This document shows positions 1 through 13,700 of a DNA stretch of 64,000 bases, in pieces. Within the stretch, counting starts at the first letter, position 1; each line of letters opens with the position of its first letter. The translations under genes were made by a program, and so were the position numbers. The stretch is taken from contig OZ024743.1 in assembly GCA_964016885.1 (NCBI GenBank), positions 265,422,001-265,486,000 on the forward strand, read 5' to 3'. Below the pieces are notes generated by a model, which was given only the letters and a program-made list of their open reading frames with translations, searched no databases and had not been told where the DNA came from. This stretch comes from Eledone cirrhosa (taxonomy: Eukaryota).

Positions 1-699
1 GATACGTCTCACTTTTCAATCGACCGGTCGTGCAGGTGAACATCAAAGCAATTCGGTTCGATTCCCAAAGAAAAACCAGGTCAACGAATATATTCAATAA
101 TCTTAGTGTTATATTAATGGAAACCTATTTCATGTGAACATTATTTTTTAAAATGATATCTTAAAATAGTTTACGCAGCGAGGAATTACACAAAACAATA
201 TTTTATTCAATGAATGATATCTTAATTTTTGCTTCAAATTTCGAAAGTAAATCTTGACATATTTCGATCTTAACCATAACTGTATTTAACAAAACATATC
301 CATAACTATACATTCTGTATAAAAAGCACAACATAAGAGTGCATGTATTTACACTAAGTAGGATGGGAAGTTAAAATTGTTTAGATAATAGATAGTCCAT
401 AGAGGACATTTGGATGGAAATCAATAGTAAATTCAGTGTTGATATTTAATCCAGGATCAGAAAAGATCTAAATTGTAAATACATATATATATATATATAT
501 ACACACACATTCGATTCGTTTGCAAGCAGTGAGATTACGCTTGGTTTATAGATGACCATCGCCATTCTGTTGTTCTAGTGGCGACGGGGAGCAATCGACA
601 ATAATATTGTTTCTGGGTTATTGCCCTTTGTCAAGATTCTGTTTATTCTCTAGCAGCTCACTAGAACTCTGTTAGAGCGAAAAAATATATTCTAATTTT

Positions 700-703
<4 letters not shown>

Positions 704-758
<55 letters not shown>

Positions 759-760
759 CA

Positions 761-813
<53 letters not shown>

Positions 814-843
814 ATATATGTGTGTGTGTGTGTGTGTATGTGT

Positions 844-889
<46 letters not shown>
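704..889. repeat. Compound (TA)n/(TG)n microsatellite
   Basis: Directly visible dinucleotide repeats. Similar tracts lie at 1168-1216, 5596-5730 and 33740-33970. Confidence 0.95.
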
Positions 890-891
<2 letters not shown>

Positions 892-1167
892 GGTATATTT
901 AAAGATTGTTTCCTTTCTTTAATCCGATAGGATGGACATTTTTTATAATCGTTACATTAAGTGGATTGATGGTTTGTCAAATATTATTGGTTTCGATTGG
1001 TATATCAATCTTATCAAATATTAAAACGTGGTTGTGTTCATATTCGGCGAGCAGTTAGAACATATGTGAAATTTCTACAAAAATGTCTTATATATATATG
1101 TTCTCTATGAAGGAGGTGTGGTGAAGGTGGAAGTCGGTTCATGAGGTTAGGATCAAATTGTATTCAG

Positions 1168-1220
<53 letters not shown>

Positions 1221-2991
1221 TATAATTGTGTGTATGTGTACTAAGAATAGGCCCGCTGCAGAAGGAATTGTGGTGATAGAAATTAGGCAGAAGAGGTTAA
1301 AACACAAGAAACACTCAATATACGATGCCAAAGGGTCATCCTGAACTATAAGGTGTAGAAATCTAATATGCTGCTGTTGAATCAATCGGTTATACGCCCA
1401 CTTCATTTCATGGTTAACAAGAAATCTATAGTATCGATATTAGTAAACATTTATGTACATATATTTATTCATATTGATTTATGTTATTCATTCTTACCAA
1501 GCGCGAATAAAAGTAAGTTAGGTTGTGCATGAATTGCTTGCCCCAGTTACTATAGAACATAGAGAACAATAACAAAAATATGAGGTTTTCAGTGTGTTAT
1601 TGGAACCGCACTCAACACGACTTCCATTTTGAAAAGATATATATTAAAAAAACGTTACACCGAATAATACAAAAAAGTATTCATCAATAAATACATAAGT
1701 ATAATGATTGATTGACTCAACATCCTATATATATATCATTCGGATATATTTAATCGATAAAGGAAAAACATTAAACATAAAAATGAGTACTTTAATAGAA
1801 TTCTCTTGGTGCAATTTGAACGCAAAAATATTTTATGGATCTACAACAAGATAGTACATATAAAGCATATATATATTTCAGTTCAGTTCTCAGTCCTGCA
1901 AGGATAGCAGATTATTGAATTTGTTTCGATATTGATGCAGGAACCCCCATCCTATGTATTCCAAACAATACCACAATCTATAATTCATTCTTGGCTGAAC
2001 TCACCTCACTCACACATACACACACACTCACTCACACATACACACACTCACACACACATGCACACTTACATATACACGAGTACATACACGTCCATCAACC
2101 CATCCATCTATCCATCTATACATAATTACTACTTTCAATGAAAATGCATCATCTTTGGGGTGCAAACTGGCAATTGCTCTCTATGTGAGAAATATTAGGA
2201 ATAAAGCAAGACAATACAGAACCAGTTATTGGAAAATGATTCACTCCCACATTTCATTGTTGCACTGAACTTACAGTTTCTGTCTGATATTCGGTGTTAT
2301 AATGAAGGCTGTCATCAACGTATAAATAATAGTTGAGGCAATCGAATTAAGTTCACCTAGAGACGAAAAGAATAAGAATACTGATGCCTGCGGGAAACAG
2401 AACTCCGGCTCTCTCAGATGTCAGGGAAGAGCACTAAGTAATACATAAACGTTTCAAATTTAATGAATGCATTTTAATGTTGACCGCTTTGTTTAGACAT
2501 CTACCTATGTTTATGTATAATAAATATATCCTATATGCCTTACTATATACCTGTCTCATGAATCACATTCTGTTAGCTCTATGGCTAATTAATCACAGCA
2601 AAGTCAAGTACGTTCTATATGTAAATGAAATGTTCAAGCAAATGATTTATATGTAAACCTCTATAGGCTTCAAAATAGTTTTCTCTCTATACCGAACTTA
2701 CGAACGTTACTAATGACGACATGAAAAATCCCGAAACACTAATGCCTAGGGTGTTCATACCACTGTTGAGATTATAGAATACACCGCATATATTATTTAT
2801 GTCAAAGGTAAGTTTATATATATATATATATATATATAGTAATAATAATAAATCCAAAGAGGGCTCGATAAGGATAAATATATATCAAATATATAAGAAC
2901 CGTAGAGCAAATATCTATTAAAATATTCAAAGAGTTTCAGAAGATCCCGTTAAGGGTGAAATCAGCGATTCTTTGCTTAAACTTTAATCTG

Positions 2992-3046
<55 letters not shown>

Positions 3047-3399
3047 CATAAACATATAAGCATGATATTTCTTCCTTCATAGACATTTTTATTATGAATA
3101 TATATGGAAATGGGTCTAGGTTGGCAGTGGTGGATATTATTGTATGCAGGAATACTTCTTCGCGTACAGACGGCAAGATTGAATTTGGAAAATAAATGAA
3201 AAGGGTTTTTGTCAGAGACACACTATTGAGGACAAAACTAACTTTATATGAATAATGTATGTTTATAATTTTGTTGTAAGATGTAAAACATGGACCACTC
3301 ACTATTGTTATTTTAAGACACTTGAAATATTCAACCAAAATGCCTTCGGCACATCCTAGGTTTTACAAACATCGGGATACTCTACATTCAGTTCCCTTG

Positions 3400-4042
3400 T
3401 CATTAAGAGTCAAATGCATATATGCCGTATGAATGACGCAAGGCTTCCAAATGAAATCTGTTATGATGAGCTTATGCAAGCATTGGTCTAAGAAAAAGTA
3501 CAGATTGTACTGAGGAAAAGGTTAAATCTCTGGGTTTAGATATAAATCAATTTGAAAAGCAAGCTTTTGATTATAATACTTGGAGAAAAACAATTAAATC
3601 AGTGTGTCAACTATTGGATGAATAAAAAAAAAAAGGCAAAAGTAAAGTTAAAACGAGCACTATGAAAGGATGACTTAGTATGGAATGAAAATGTTGATTA
3701 TTGAAATTACAATTGCCTTCTCTAAAGCTGGTTTTGAAAATACATATGGAAATGCATGAAAAGACAATGACAGGCAGATTACTTTGCAAGTCTCCCAGCA
3801 CCCCCAGGTGTGATTACTTGTGAAATATGTGGCAAGAGATGTAAGACAGCATCCCGATTAAGAAGCCATATGAATGTTCATCAACATGAAATTCCACACC
3901 CTGATCCAGTAAACCCACACATACATCTGTTACTAGTGCCAACGATCTTGTAAGTCAGTTGCTGGATTGTGTCTAAACTTGCTGGAAGAATTGTAATTAT
4001 GTTGAGACGGCTATCATCTAACAAGATCAAGTAATCATCATA
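3400..4042 (+). mobile_element. Degenerate 3' fragment of an RTE-clade LINE with C-terminal C2H2 zinc fingers
   Basis: Translates to HICRMNDARLPNEICYDEL (RTE C-terminal GHxxRMxxxRLP motif), then CEICGKRCKTASRLRSHMNVH and YICY*CQRSCKSVAGL. There is a small 3' hairpin (atct-aaca-agat) and many disablements. Confidence 0.7.
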
Positions 4043-4119
4043 TGGCCGCGGAACACTCAAGAGATTTTGAGACTTTCATCAGACAGAGATGCATTTAACT
4101 CAGATCAACACAAAACTCT

Positions 4120-4580
4120 ACTTTACCCTTAAAATATGATACACCAACTTCAATACACTTGTAGCACTCAAGCCATTTCAGGAAGGTCCCCTCTGTAGTC
4201 AGTCCAAAGTGAAGTTGTCCAGGGTGCTTGTTACAGCCTCCTTTCTCTCCTGCACATCACAAAACCGTATACCTCTGAGCTTCTTCCATTTCGGGAACAT
4301 TCAGACGTTGCATGAGGCTAAGTCTGGACTGTAGGGAGGATGAGAGACCATCTTCATCCACATATCAGCCAAGTAGGGTGAATTTTGTGGCAGGGGGCAT
4401 TAACCTTGAGCAGACGCCACTAACAAGATTTGAAGAGTTCTGGTCTCTGGCAACGAAATCTCTTCCTGAAAACCTCTACACAGTACTCTTTGTTAACTAT
4501 CTAGCCATCTGGGACTGACTCTATGTAGATGAGAATCTTGCTGTCGAAGAATGGGAATATCATGGGCTTCCGTAAGCAGT
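4120..4580 (-). mobile_element. Tc1/mariner (mariner-type) transposase remnant
   Basis: The minus strand reads KPMIFPFFDSK..VPDG*IVNKEYC..RPELF..W..NAPCH..HPPYSPDLASCN..FPK..LRGIRF..KCIEVGVSYFKG. This contains the mariner YSPDLAP motif and C-terminus, with stops and frameshifts. Confidence 0.88.
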
Positions 4581-4806
4581 GTTGACGATTTCATAGGTCT
4601 CTAGGGTTTTTGCCGAGCCTGACACAACCCTTTATTGCATATCGAGGCTCAAGTTATACTCACGTACCGACCGCATTGAGGAACCAGTCTGGTGTGCCAT
4701 GAGGTGCATGACGGGTAGTGTCAAAGTGGTGTAGCGAGCCGAATATTGAACCTGGAAAAAAATACTTGGCATGTAAACTTATAAACATATCAATGATGTA
4801 TTAGAG

Positions 4807-5520
4807 CACGGGTCGGCAAACATTTTGGGTGTGCATGTCACATAGCTATGCAATTTCCCGTCGGTGGGCCACGTAACTATGAAGTGCCTCGTCGGCGGCC
4901 CATGATATCAAATGAGTAATGAGAAAATATGTAAAAACGAATACAATAATATTAGAAAATACTATGAGACTTTTAGGAAACTGTGACAAAACCACGATAT
5001 CTGGCAGTGTATTTAGATCAGGTTTGTATTGTGTGATGTCAGAATTTACTCCTAACAATACTGAACACTTTTAAAATAGAAAAATAAATAAACATTGATT
5101 ATTATAGAATACAGTCACTTACAGATGTTTTACTATCAGACAGAAAACTCAAATAAAATCTTTTGAGGATTAAATGAAATAACTGTATGCTAGACACGTT
5201 GATTTTATTAGGCAGGTCTATGTCATTCCATATCCCTGCCATACACATATTATGTATACAGGTATATACACGCGCACTGTCTTCTTGACCTGGACGTACA
5301 ACTATCTGTCTGCGTTTGATTGTTTTTTACTGTCATGCAAAAAATTACGTTCAGCAAAGTGAGTCTTGTGGTTTGACGTGTTCTCTAGTCGCTATTCTGT
5401 TCCAAAATAATTCATAGCCCCTTTTCAGGGATCACTTAACCAATGAAACCTGTTGGCGGGCCGGACAAAAATCCTTCACAGGCCGAATGTGGCCCGCTAG
5501 TTGGAGGTTGCCAACTACCG
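4807..5520. mobile_element. Non-autonomous hAT (Charlie-like) DNA transposon
   Basis: A perfect 8-bp target-site duplication TATTAGAG lies at 4799-4806 and 5521-5528. The TIRs are imperfect (cacgggtcggcaaac / ggttgccaactaccg), with subterminal gggcc/ggccc motifs and no ORF. Confidence 0.85.
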
Positions 5521-5620
5521 TATTAGAGTGAGTTACCTAGGTCAAATAAAAGTGCCCTAAAAGAAAATGTCTCAACATTTCTTGAGTGAACTTCGTATAT
5601 ATATATGTATATATATGTGT

Positions 5621-5714
<94 letters not shown>

Positions 5715-6338
5715 ATATATATATATATATAAGATCAGATCTAATAAATCCTAGATAGAACAACTCACTTCTATACAATCAAAGAATAATTCTACGCGCA
5801 ATATTGGAATACGTGAATACGTACGTGCTGTAAAAATGATCAAATTGCTGTTGAAAACATGAATACATTTACTATGATGCGCTAACTAGTCTGCCAATCC
5901 AATACTGTAAAGGTTAGGATATCAAAACGTTGTGTTTCAGATAAAATATTTAATGGAATCCTAGAACTTACGCATATACAACCAACTATTAACAACTCAA
6001 ACAGCAATCTACTTTATTTATTAAATGTTACATGGAATAATTACCATTTTATATCTATCATGTTATATCATGTTATATCTATCAAGTGTGCATTTATCTA
6101 CGTTCGTTTATGTGCCGAAAGCAACCCATAATCAAAAGATTACGGCCAGACTAATAATTATATCAACAGCAACGATAATAATGTAGATGATAATACTAAT
6201 AATGATGAGAAAGTGTTAGAAAAAGAATGAGGTGTAAACAGAGAAGGAATTGGAATATTATCAGTAACTAACAGTAATAGTATGATGACGATGATGCTGA
6301 ATATTAGTTACAAGAAAAGAGGGGTGGAGGAGGAGTTG

Positions 6339-6439
6339 GATGATGATGATGATGATGATGGTGATGACGATGACGACGATGACAACGATGACGATCTTGG
6401 AAATATAACTTGTTTGATACTGGTGGTGGTGGTGGTGGT
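6339..6439. repeat. (GAT/GAC)n and (GGT)n trinucleotide low-complexity tract
   Basis: Directly visible. It explains the poly-D, poly-H and poly-V ORFs. Confidence 0.85.
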
Positions 6440-6821
6440 ATTGATGCGATACAGTCATGGGGATGGATATAGATATGAACGCTTATACCTCGAAGGAGAA
6501 TTAGGTTGTCTTCTACATAAATTGGAACGAGTGAAACTTTTCTCTGAAACAACAATTAACGAAAACTCTTTAAAGTTTTCATATTTAATGAAGGTCACAA
6601 AAATGGAAGTATTAATATAGCATCAAGTATGTTGTATTTTTTCATGTTCTTTATGACTGCGGAGGATAAAGTAGCCTGTTCATTTTGCAACATATAGCGT
6701 CAAATTAGAATCTTTCATGTTTTTAATGAGTAAATGTAATGAATATAGATGTGTATGTGACGTTTTTATTATTATCATTAAAAGAAACCATTATTATCAT
6801 AATAATAATAATAATAATAAT

Positions 6822-9800
6822 GATTTCATTTATTGGCCACGAGGGACGACATATAAGGGACAATACAAAAGACTAGGACAGTGGGGTTTTACAGAAAAAT
6901 CGAGTAAACAATATGAATCACAATAACAAAGTAACAATAAAATTACAAGAAAACATTCCCCAATAGGGAGGATGACCACCCAGGGTTCGCTCAGATACCC
7001 CACCAATCCTGAAAGACCCGACGCTTCGAGAGCACCCTGGAAGGGCACCCCTCTCCTCCTCAAATTAACCTACCTACAGCCGCATGACCAGAGTAGGCCC
7101 ACTCACGCGGGCCATTCTCGCCACATTCACACACCTTTCAGCAAATGTACTGGGGGCAGCACTTCTCTCTCCACCCTCACCTTCCTTTCCAAGTGAAACT
7201 TGAAAAAAGTTGATGAGGGATTGGCCGAAGAGAAAAGTGTCTGTCTTCAGTCCTTTCAGCCTCGTCCACCATACAACCTCTTTCGCTACTGCCACCAGAC
7301 AGAGGAAAATTGCCTGCCCTTGCTGGCCAAAAGAAGGCGGCGGGTCGATCTTCGCTATGGACTCAGCCGATAGCCGGTTCTGTTCTACACGCGACAACGG
7401 CTGTTCAACATAACTCCACAAGTCAGTAATGTACGGACACTGGATGAGTGCGTGCAGAACAGTTTCGTAGCTCTGTGCGCATCTTGGGCAGGTCCGTCTG
7501 ACAGCACTTCCGTGCCTGTAGAGTTTATCTCGAATTGGCAGTGACCCCCGGTAGCACTGCCAAGCGAGGGATTTTTGGAAATTATCCATCATCCCCGGCT
7601 CGAAAGTCCTCCAGTACAGACTGGTTAGTTCGACTTCGTTGACTCCCAGAACCTCTCCAAGTGCGTCGTCGCGCTTGCCCTCCACTAATCCTCTATAGAA
7701 CTCGAGAGTAGAAGTTCCACTGACCGCATTGCCCGCCTTGTAGCGGGCAGTGAGTGCCTGGCAACATTCCAGATGCCAGTCACCCAGTCTCGGTCTCTTC
7801 TTGACCCAGGATTGCAGCTCAGTCAAAGCAACGAGCTGCAGAAAGGCCCGTCTGACAAACGGTGATCACACCTGTTCACCGTTTAGACAGAATATCTGGA
7901 GATGCCGCAGCCTCAGCGCGTGCCTGCGCATCATTAGCCACGGCATGCCCAACCCTCCGCGTAGAGGGTGCTGGAGGCAAATGGACCGCCTCACCATCGG
8001 AACCTGACCCCTCCACAATAATTTGAAGTGGAGCCGCTCCAGGATGGCGAGGCGCGGACGGGGGCAAGAGACGACGGTCAGACTGTAGTAGATGACGGAC
8101 GCTATGTACGCGTTCCCCACCTCCGCCCGACCTTTCAGTGATAGCTTCATCCCAGCCCATTTCTGGGTGGGACTGGCTACCCTGCCCGTCACCTCGTCCC
8201 AATTCTTATCCACCTGGATGTCTGGCCCGAACCAAACCCCTAGCAACTTTACCGGTCCGTCCGCCCAGCGCCTAACGATGCTGGTGGACGGCATGGACTT
8301 GCCCCTCCAGGTGCCGAGCTGCAAGCCCACCGACTTCTCCGGGTTAAGTTTTGCTGCCGTCAACCTTTCATATTCCTCCAATAAGTTGCCGACCACCTCG
8401 ATTTCTGAGGTGTCCGACATCATCACGGTGATGTCGTCCGCATAAGCCGATACAGCCTTTCCGCGTCCCGGTTCGAGCGGGATGCCCTGCAACAGCTCCA
8501 GCTTCCGCAATAAAGGCTCGAGAGTCAATACGTACAGAAGGGAGAAGACAGGGCACCCGGGAGACCTGAAACGGTTCTGAGAGGTGGCCATTAATTTTGA
8601 CTTTCGAGCAGGTGCCGCTGTGCATTGCAGTGATCCAGCTTCTGAAGACGGGGTCGAAGCCAGCCGCCTTGAGGACAGCCTCCAGGTACCGATGGTCGAC
8701 CCTATCTAATGCTTTCGATTGATCTAAATTGATCAGAGCCCCACCGAAGCTAGGTTTACACCCTACCCTCTCTATGATGTATCGCATTAGGTGGAGGTTG
8801 TCGTGTATGGACCTGGTTGGGATTATGCAACTTTGCGCCTCCCCAACCAAATCCCCGACGACAAGCGCCAACCTCTTCGCTAACACCCTGGCCAGAATCT
8901 TAAACTCTGGTTTGAGCAGAGTTATGGGCCTGAAATTGTCTAATGTGTCCCTCTTGTTCTCGTCTTTCCTTATCAACGTCACTACGCCCCGACTCACAGA
9001 ACTGGGAATACTCCCGTTTTGCTGCCAGTTGCAGTAGAGGGCTTCGAGGAGATTGGAGAACAAGTCTGGCATATTTACGTAAAGCTCGTAGGGCAGACCC
9101 TCCAAACAGGGTGACTTGCGCCTCATGCAGCCGACAAGGGCATCCTGAATCTCGGCTGAAGTAATTGGCCTTTCGCAGCGCCCAGCGTCAGCCGTCGAGA
9201 GTTGCGGCAAGCCATCGAGGTTGGGACTGAAGTCCGCCACCATCTCTGACCCGCCACTTCCCCCGAACAACCGAGCAAATTGTTGGCAAAAGGCCTCACA
9301 CATCCGCTTGGAATCGCTCAGCTCGTGTCCTTCTCGGTCCGTCAAAAACCGAATCGTAGTTTCATTACCAGGCTGTGCATCTTCCACGCGGGCCCATCGA
9401 ACAGCTTTGGTTCCCTCGTTTCCCAGAGCACGCGCCTTAGCTCTGACAATGCAGCCTTCGTGTTTCGCATTGAAGAAATGGTCTACTGCCATTCTCGCCG
9501 CTAGTACGTCAGTTGCAATACCACTACCAATAGCCTCGTCTAACTTATCTACCAACTCCCCCACCTTTCTATTTTTCTCTAACGCTACTTCTTTGCTACA
9601 CTCTATCAACATTACTCTAATCTCTCTTTTGAGAGCCTCCCACCATCTATTGTTGACGACTTCCCCTGTCAACTTTTTCTTACCTGAATTGTTTATCTGG
9701 TCCCTGTAAGCCTTACGTGCCGGAAATGACATGTTTAGCTTCCAGTAACCAGGTCCTAACCTACGCGTCTTATCTAGGACGACCATAGAGATCACAAACT

Positions 9801-10753
9801 TGTGATCTGAATAGGTGACCGTTTCAAAACGTGGACAGCTTACACTATTTCTGTCTATTTTCCTAATGAATATCCTGTCTATATACGGTCTAGATGACCC
9901 TATGTGGTTAGCCCAGGTCCACACTGGCGCATTAGGGAAATCTAGTCGTTACCTGTCAGACAGTTGGAACTGGCTGATCAGGTTATTGAGGCTTTTGCAA
10001 CCCCCGCTCCTATCGGATACTCCCACACTGTCCCAGTGTGCGTCTAAGATGCCGTTCCAGTCCCCCGCTAAGAGTAAAGGGCGGGAACTGCCCAGAAAGG
10101 CTTCCAGGCGTCTAAAGAAGTCCGGCCGTCCTGCTCCAGTAGGAGCATTGCCTTCGGTCATAATATGAATGACCGTCCCATTCTGAAGGCGGATGTGGCC
10201 CGCGATTGTCTTCACATTCTCGGGCCTGATCTGGAGAAGGATCTCCAGGTCAACTCCGGTCCAGTCCTCTCTGGCCGTTCTGGTCACTTCTATCGGGACG
10301 GTATCCGTCCCCTCCACAATCACACATCCCAGAAGCCACCACATGTCAAGTCCTGGTGGGATTCTGGGAATGCGGAGACGGGTCGTTCTTTTTCCCATGT
10401 GGGAGCGGTACATTATGACCTTGCTGGTTTTGCAAGGAGTCATAGCGTGTTTCATAGCGAGTGCTTCTGACTTGAACAACACTGAAATTGTGCCGTACTG
10501 TCTGCCCCTCTCTATGTATTCGGTGTCTTCCCTGATGCACCTCAGCCATGTTATTTTTTTCTCCGTAAATTTTTTAACATGTAAAAACTTTCAAAAATTT
10601 GGGCCAAAAGGCCCAAATATTATACTTTCCCCTTCACAGAGCAAAATCTAAGGGTTTATATCCCTCACACAACCATAAATATTTAACAACAAATAATTTT
10701 AACAGGCAAATAAAGTGACTTACTGGGTGCGAGCATATACATCCAATTAGACC
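6822..10753 (-). mobile_element. Tx1/L1-clade LINE copy 1, internally deleted and frameshifted
   Basis: ORF1 remnant fused to APE motifs (GDWN, WTW, YIDR, YSDH), then RT (RPITLL, LDQSKALDRVDH, YADD) and a C-terminal CPRC..H..C motif. AATAAA lies near the 3' end, with (AAT)n on both sides. Confidence 0.92.
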
Positions 10754-10771
10754 AATAATAATAATAATAAT

Positions 10772-13700
10772 ACTGATTTTTTATTGGCCCCAAGTGCTAA
10801 CATAAAGAAAAACATTACAGCGGCCCAGGATGGTACAGGACGGTACGATGTGGGATTTGTGCGTATAAATATTTTGATTATTTATATAAGAAAATAAAGA
10901 AAAAAAGGACATAGAAACATATGTATATATAAACGATAAAAATGAAAATTGAACAATGAAAAATTCCCCAATAGGGGGGAACCTCCGTGGGTTACTCGTG
11001 GCGAAAACCACACAAAAGACCATGGCCACCCTGACCACCAGGTCAAGAGCCAACTCTCAATGTTTCCATCTTTCAAACTACAGACGTATATTCAGAGTGG
11101 TCCCGTTCACTTGGACCATTCTCGCTACAATCAGCCACGTTTCAACAAACTTGCTAGAAGGCAGCACTTGCCTCTCCACCCTGATTTTCCTCTTCAAGTG
11201 AAACTTGAAAAAGTTAGTTAGATATTCGCCGAAGAGGAAAGTGTCTGTCTTTAACCCTTTCAACATTGTCCACCACACAATCTCTTTCGCCATGGCCACC
11301 AAGCAAATGAAAACCGCCTGCCCTTCCTCCTCGAAGGAAGACGGCGAGACCAAATGCACAATGGACTAATTCGATAATCGGATCAGTCCTACACGCGACA
11401 CCAACTGTTCGATATAGCTCCACAAGTCAGCAATGCTCGGGCACTGAACGAGTGCGTGCAGGATGGTTTCGTCGCTCTGCGCGCATCTCGGACAGGCTCG
11501 GATGACGGTACTTCCGTGACTGTAGAGCTTATCTCGAACCTGCAACGCGCCTCGGTAGCACTGCCAGGCCAGGGATTTTTGGAAGTTATCCATAGGCTCT
11601 GGGCTGAAAGTTCTCCGGAAGAGGGCAAACAGCTGATCTTCTTCGACGCCCAGGATCTCTCCGAGAACTTCGTCGCACTTCCCCTCCAATATTGCTCTAT
11701 AGAACGCCGAGGTGGATGTTCCACCGATACTTGTGCCCAGCTGGCAGAGAGCGGCCTGGAGACATTCCAGTTTCCAAGCGCTAACCTTCGGTCTTTTCCT
11801 GACCCAGGACTGCAGCTCCGTCAAGAAGACGAGCTGTCGGGAAACGTACCTGGCAAATGGCGACCACACCTGCTGACCGTCAAGGAAGCACCAGAGATGA
11901 TGCAGCCTCAGCGCATGTTTGCGCATCATCAGCTATGGCATGCCCAGTCCTCCAACGGGTGTTGACAGCAGATGGATGGATCGTCTGACCATGGGAGCGC
12001 GTCCCTTCCACAGAAAGCGGAAGAGGAAGCACTCAATTTTGGTGAGAGTTGGGCAGGAGCTAGGGACGACGGTGAGGCGGTAGCAGATGACGGACGCGAT
12101 GTACGCATTCGCCACCACCGCCCGGCTTTTCAGGGGCAGCTTCCTCTCGGCCCATTTCTGGGTGAGGGAGGCCACACTGCTCGTCACCTCGCTCCAGTTT
12201 TTCTTCATCTGGAGGTCCGGTCCAAACCAGACCCCGAGCAATTTAACCGGTCCATCCGTCCAACGTCCCACGACGCAGTCGGGCGGCATTGACTTGCTGC
12301 TCCAGGTGCTGAGCTGCAAGCCTACCGACTTTTAATGGTTTATGTTTGATCATGTCACCGCTTCGTATTCTTTGAGAGCGGTGCCGAAATCTGGACGTGT
12401 CTGGTGCTCGGCACCACAACGGTGACGTCATCGCGTAAGCCGACTCGGATTTCCTGCACCCTAGTTCGCGCGGAACGTCCCTCATCGCCCCCCAGTTTGT
12501 GCAGTAACGGCTCGAGATTCATTACGTACAAGAGGGACGAGATGGGATAACTCTGGCGGACCGAGCGCATAATGCTGAACGGCTGCGACAGGTGACCGTT
12601 CACCCTCACCACTGAGCAGATTTCGCTGTACATCGCAGCGATCCAACCCCTAAAAACGGGCTCGAAGCCGGCTGCCTCGAGAACCGCCGACAGGTACCGA
12701 TGGTCGACCCTATCGAAAGCTTTGGATTGATCCAAGTTGATCAGGGCTCCACCCGTCCCAGGTTCCTTAACCACACTCTCTACGATGTGGTGGAGGTTGC
12801 GTGTATGGATCTGTCCGGAATGGCGCATGTCTGCGTCTCTCTCACTAGACCCCCGACGACAAGCGCCAACCTCGTTGCTAACACTTTGGCCAAAATCTTG
12901 AACTCTGCGTTCAGCAGGGTTATGGGCCTGAAGTTATCGATAAGATCGCCCTTGTTCGGGTCTTTCCTCAGCAGCGCCACCGCACCACGGCACACAAACG
13001 TGTGAATGCTTCCGTTCTGCTGCCAGTTGCAATAGACATCTGCCAAGAGGTCACCCAACAAGTCTGGCATAAATGCATAGAGATCGTAGGGCAGACGAAC
13101 CAATCATGGCGATTTATCCCTCGTGCAGTTAGCCATCGCTTCCCGTATTTCACCGGCTGTTATTGGCTTTTCGTAACACTGTGCTGCGGTCGTCGAGAGC
13201 CAAGGCAGTCCGTCGAGGTATGCACTGAAGTCCATACCCTGATGCGGCCCGCCGCTGCTCCCGAACAGTTCAGCAAAGTGCTGCTGAAAAGCCTCACACA
13301 TCCGCTCGGATTCGAGCAACACGCGCCCGTTTTGGTCAGATAAAGACCGAATTGTGATTTGTTGCCACGTAGCGCCTCTGCTACCCGGGCCCATTGGACG
13401 GCTTTTGTCCCCTCGTGTCTCAGAGCACGCGCTCCATCTCTGACAACGCAGCCTTCGTGTTCAGGGTTGAAGAATTGGTCGAGTGCCAATCTCGCCGCAA
13501 GCACGTCGGTTATGATGCCTGTCTTAAACGCCTCTTCTAGCTTTATAAAGTGCTGGACGTTTCAAGAAATGTCTCTTAACGTCTGAAGAAAGCTGGCCGT
13601 CCTGCCCCAGTTGGGGCGTAGACGACTACTAGCCTGAAAGCATTGCCTTCGTTGCCGGTCACGTCCAGCACCACCGACTTACCTTCTGGGTCTAGGAAGA

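Noticed and set aside
2925-2976. Hammerhead-like cagaaga..gaaa motif (also ~34955-35000, minus strand)
   Set aside because: The core and stems are too degenerate to call.
6282-6620. Acidic 112-aa ORF as a host exon
   Set aside because: It is explained by GAT/GGT repeats, with no splice or domain evidence.
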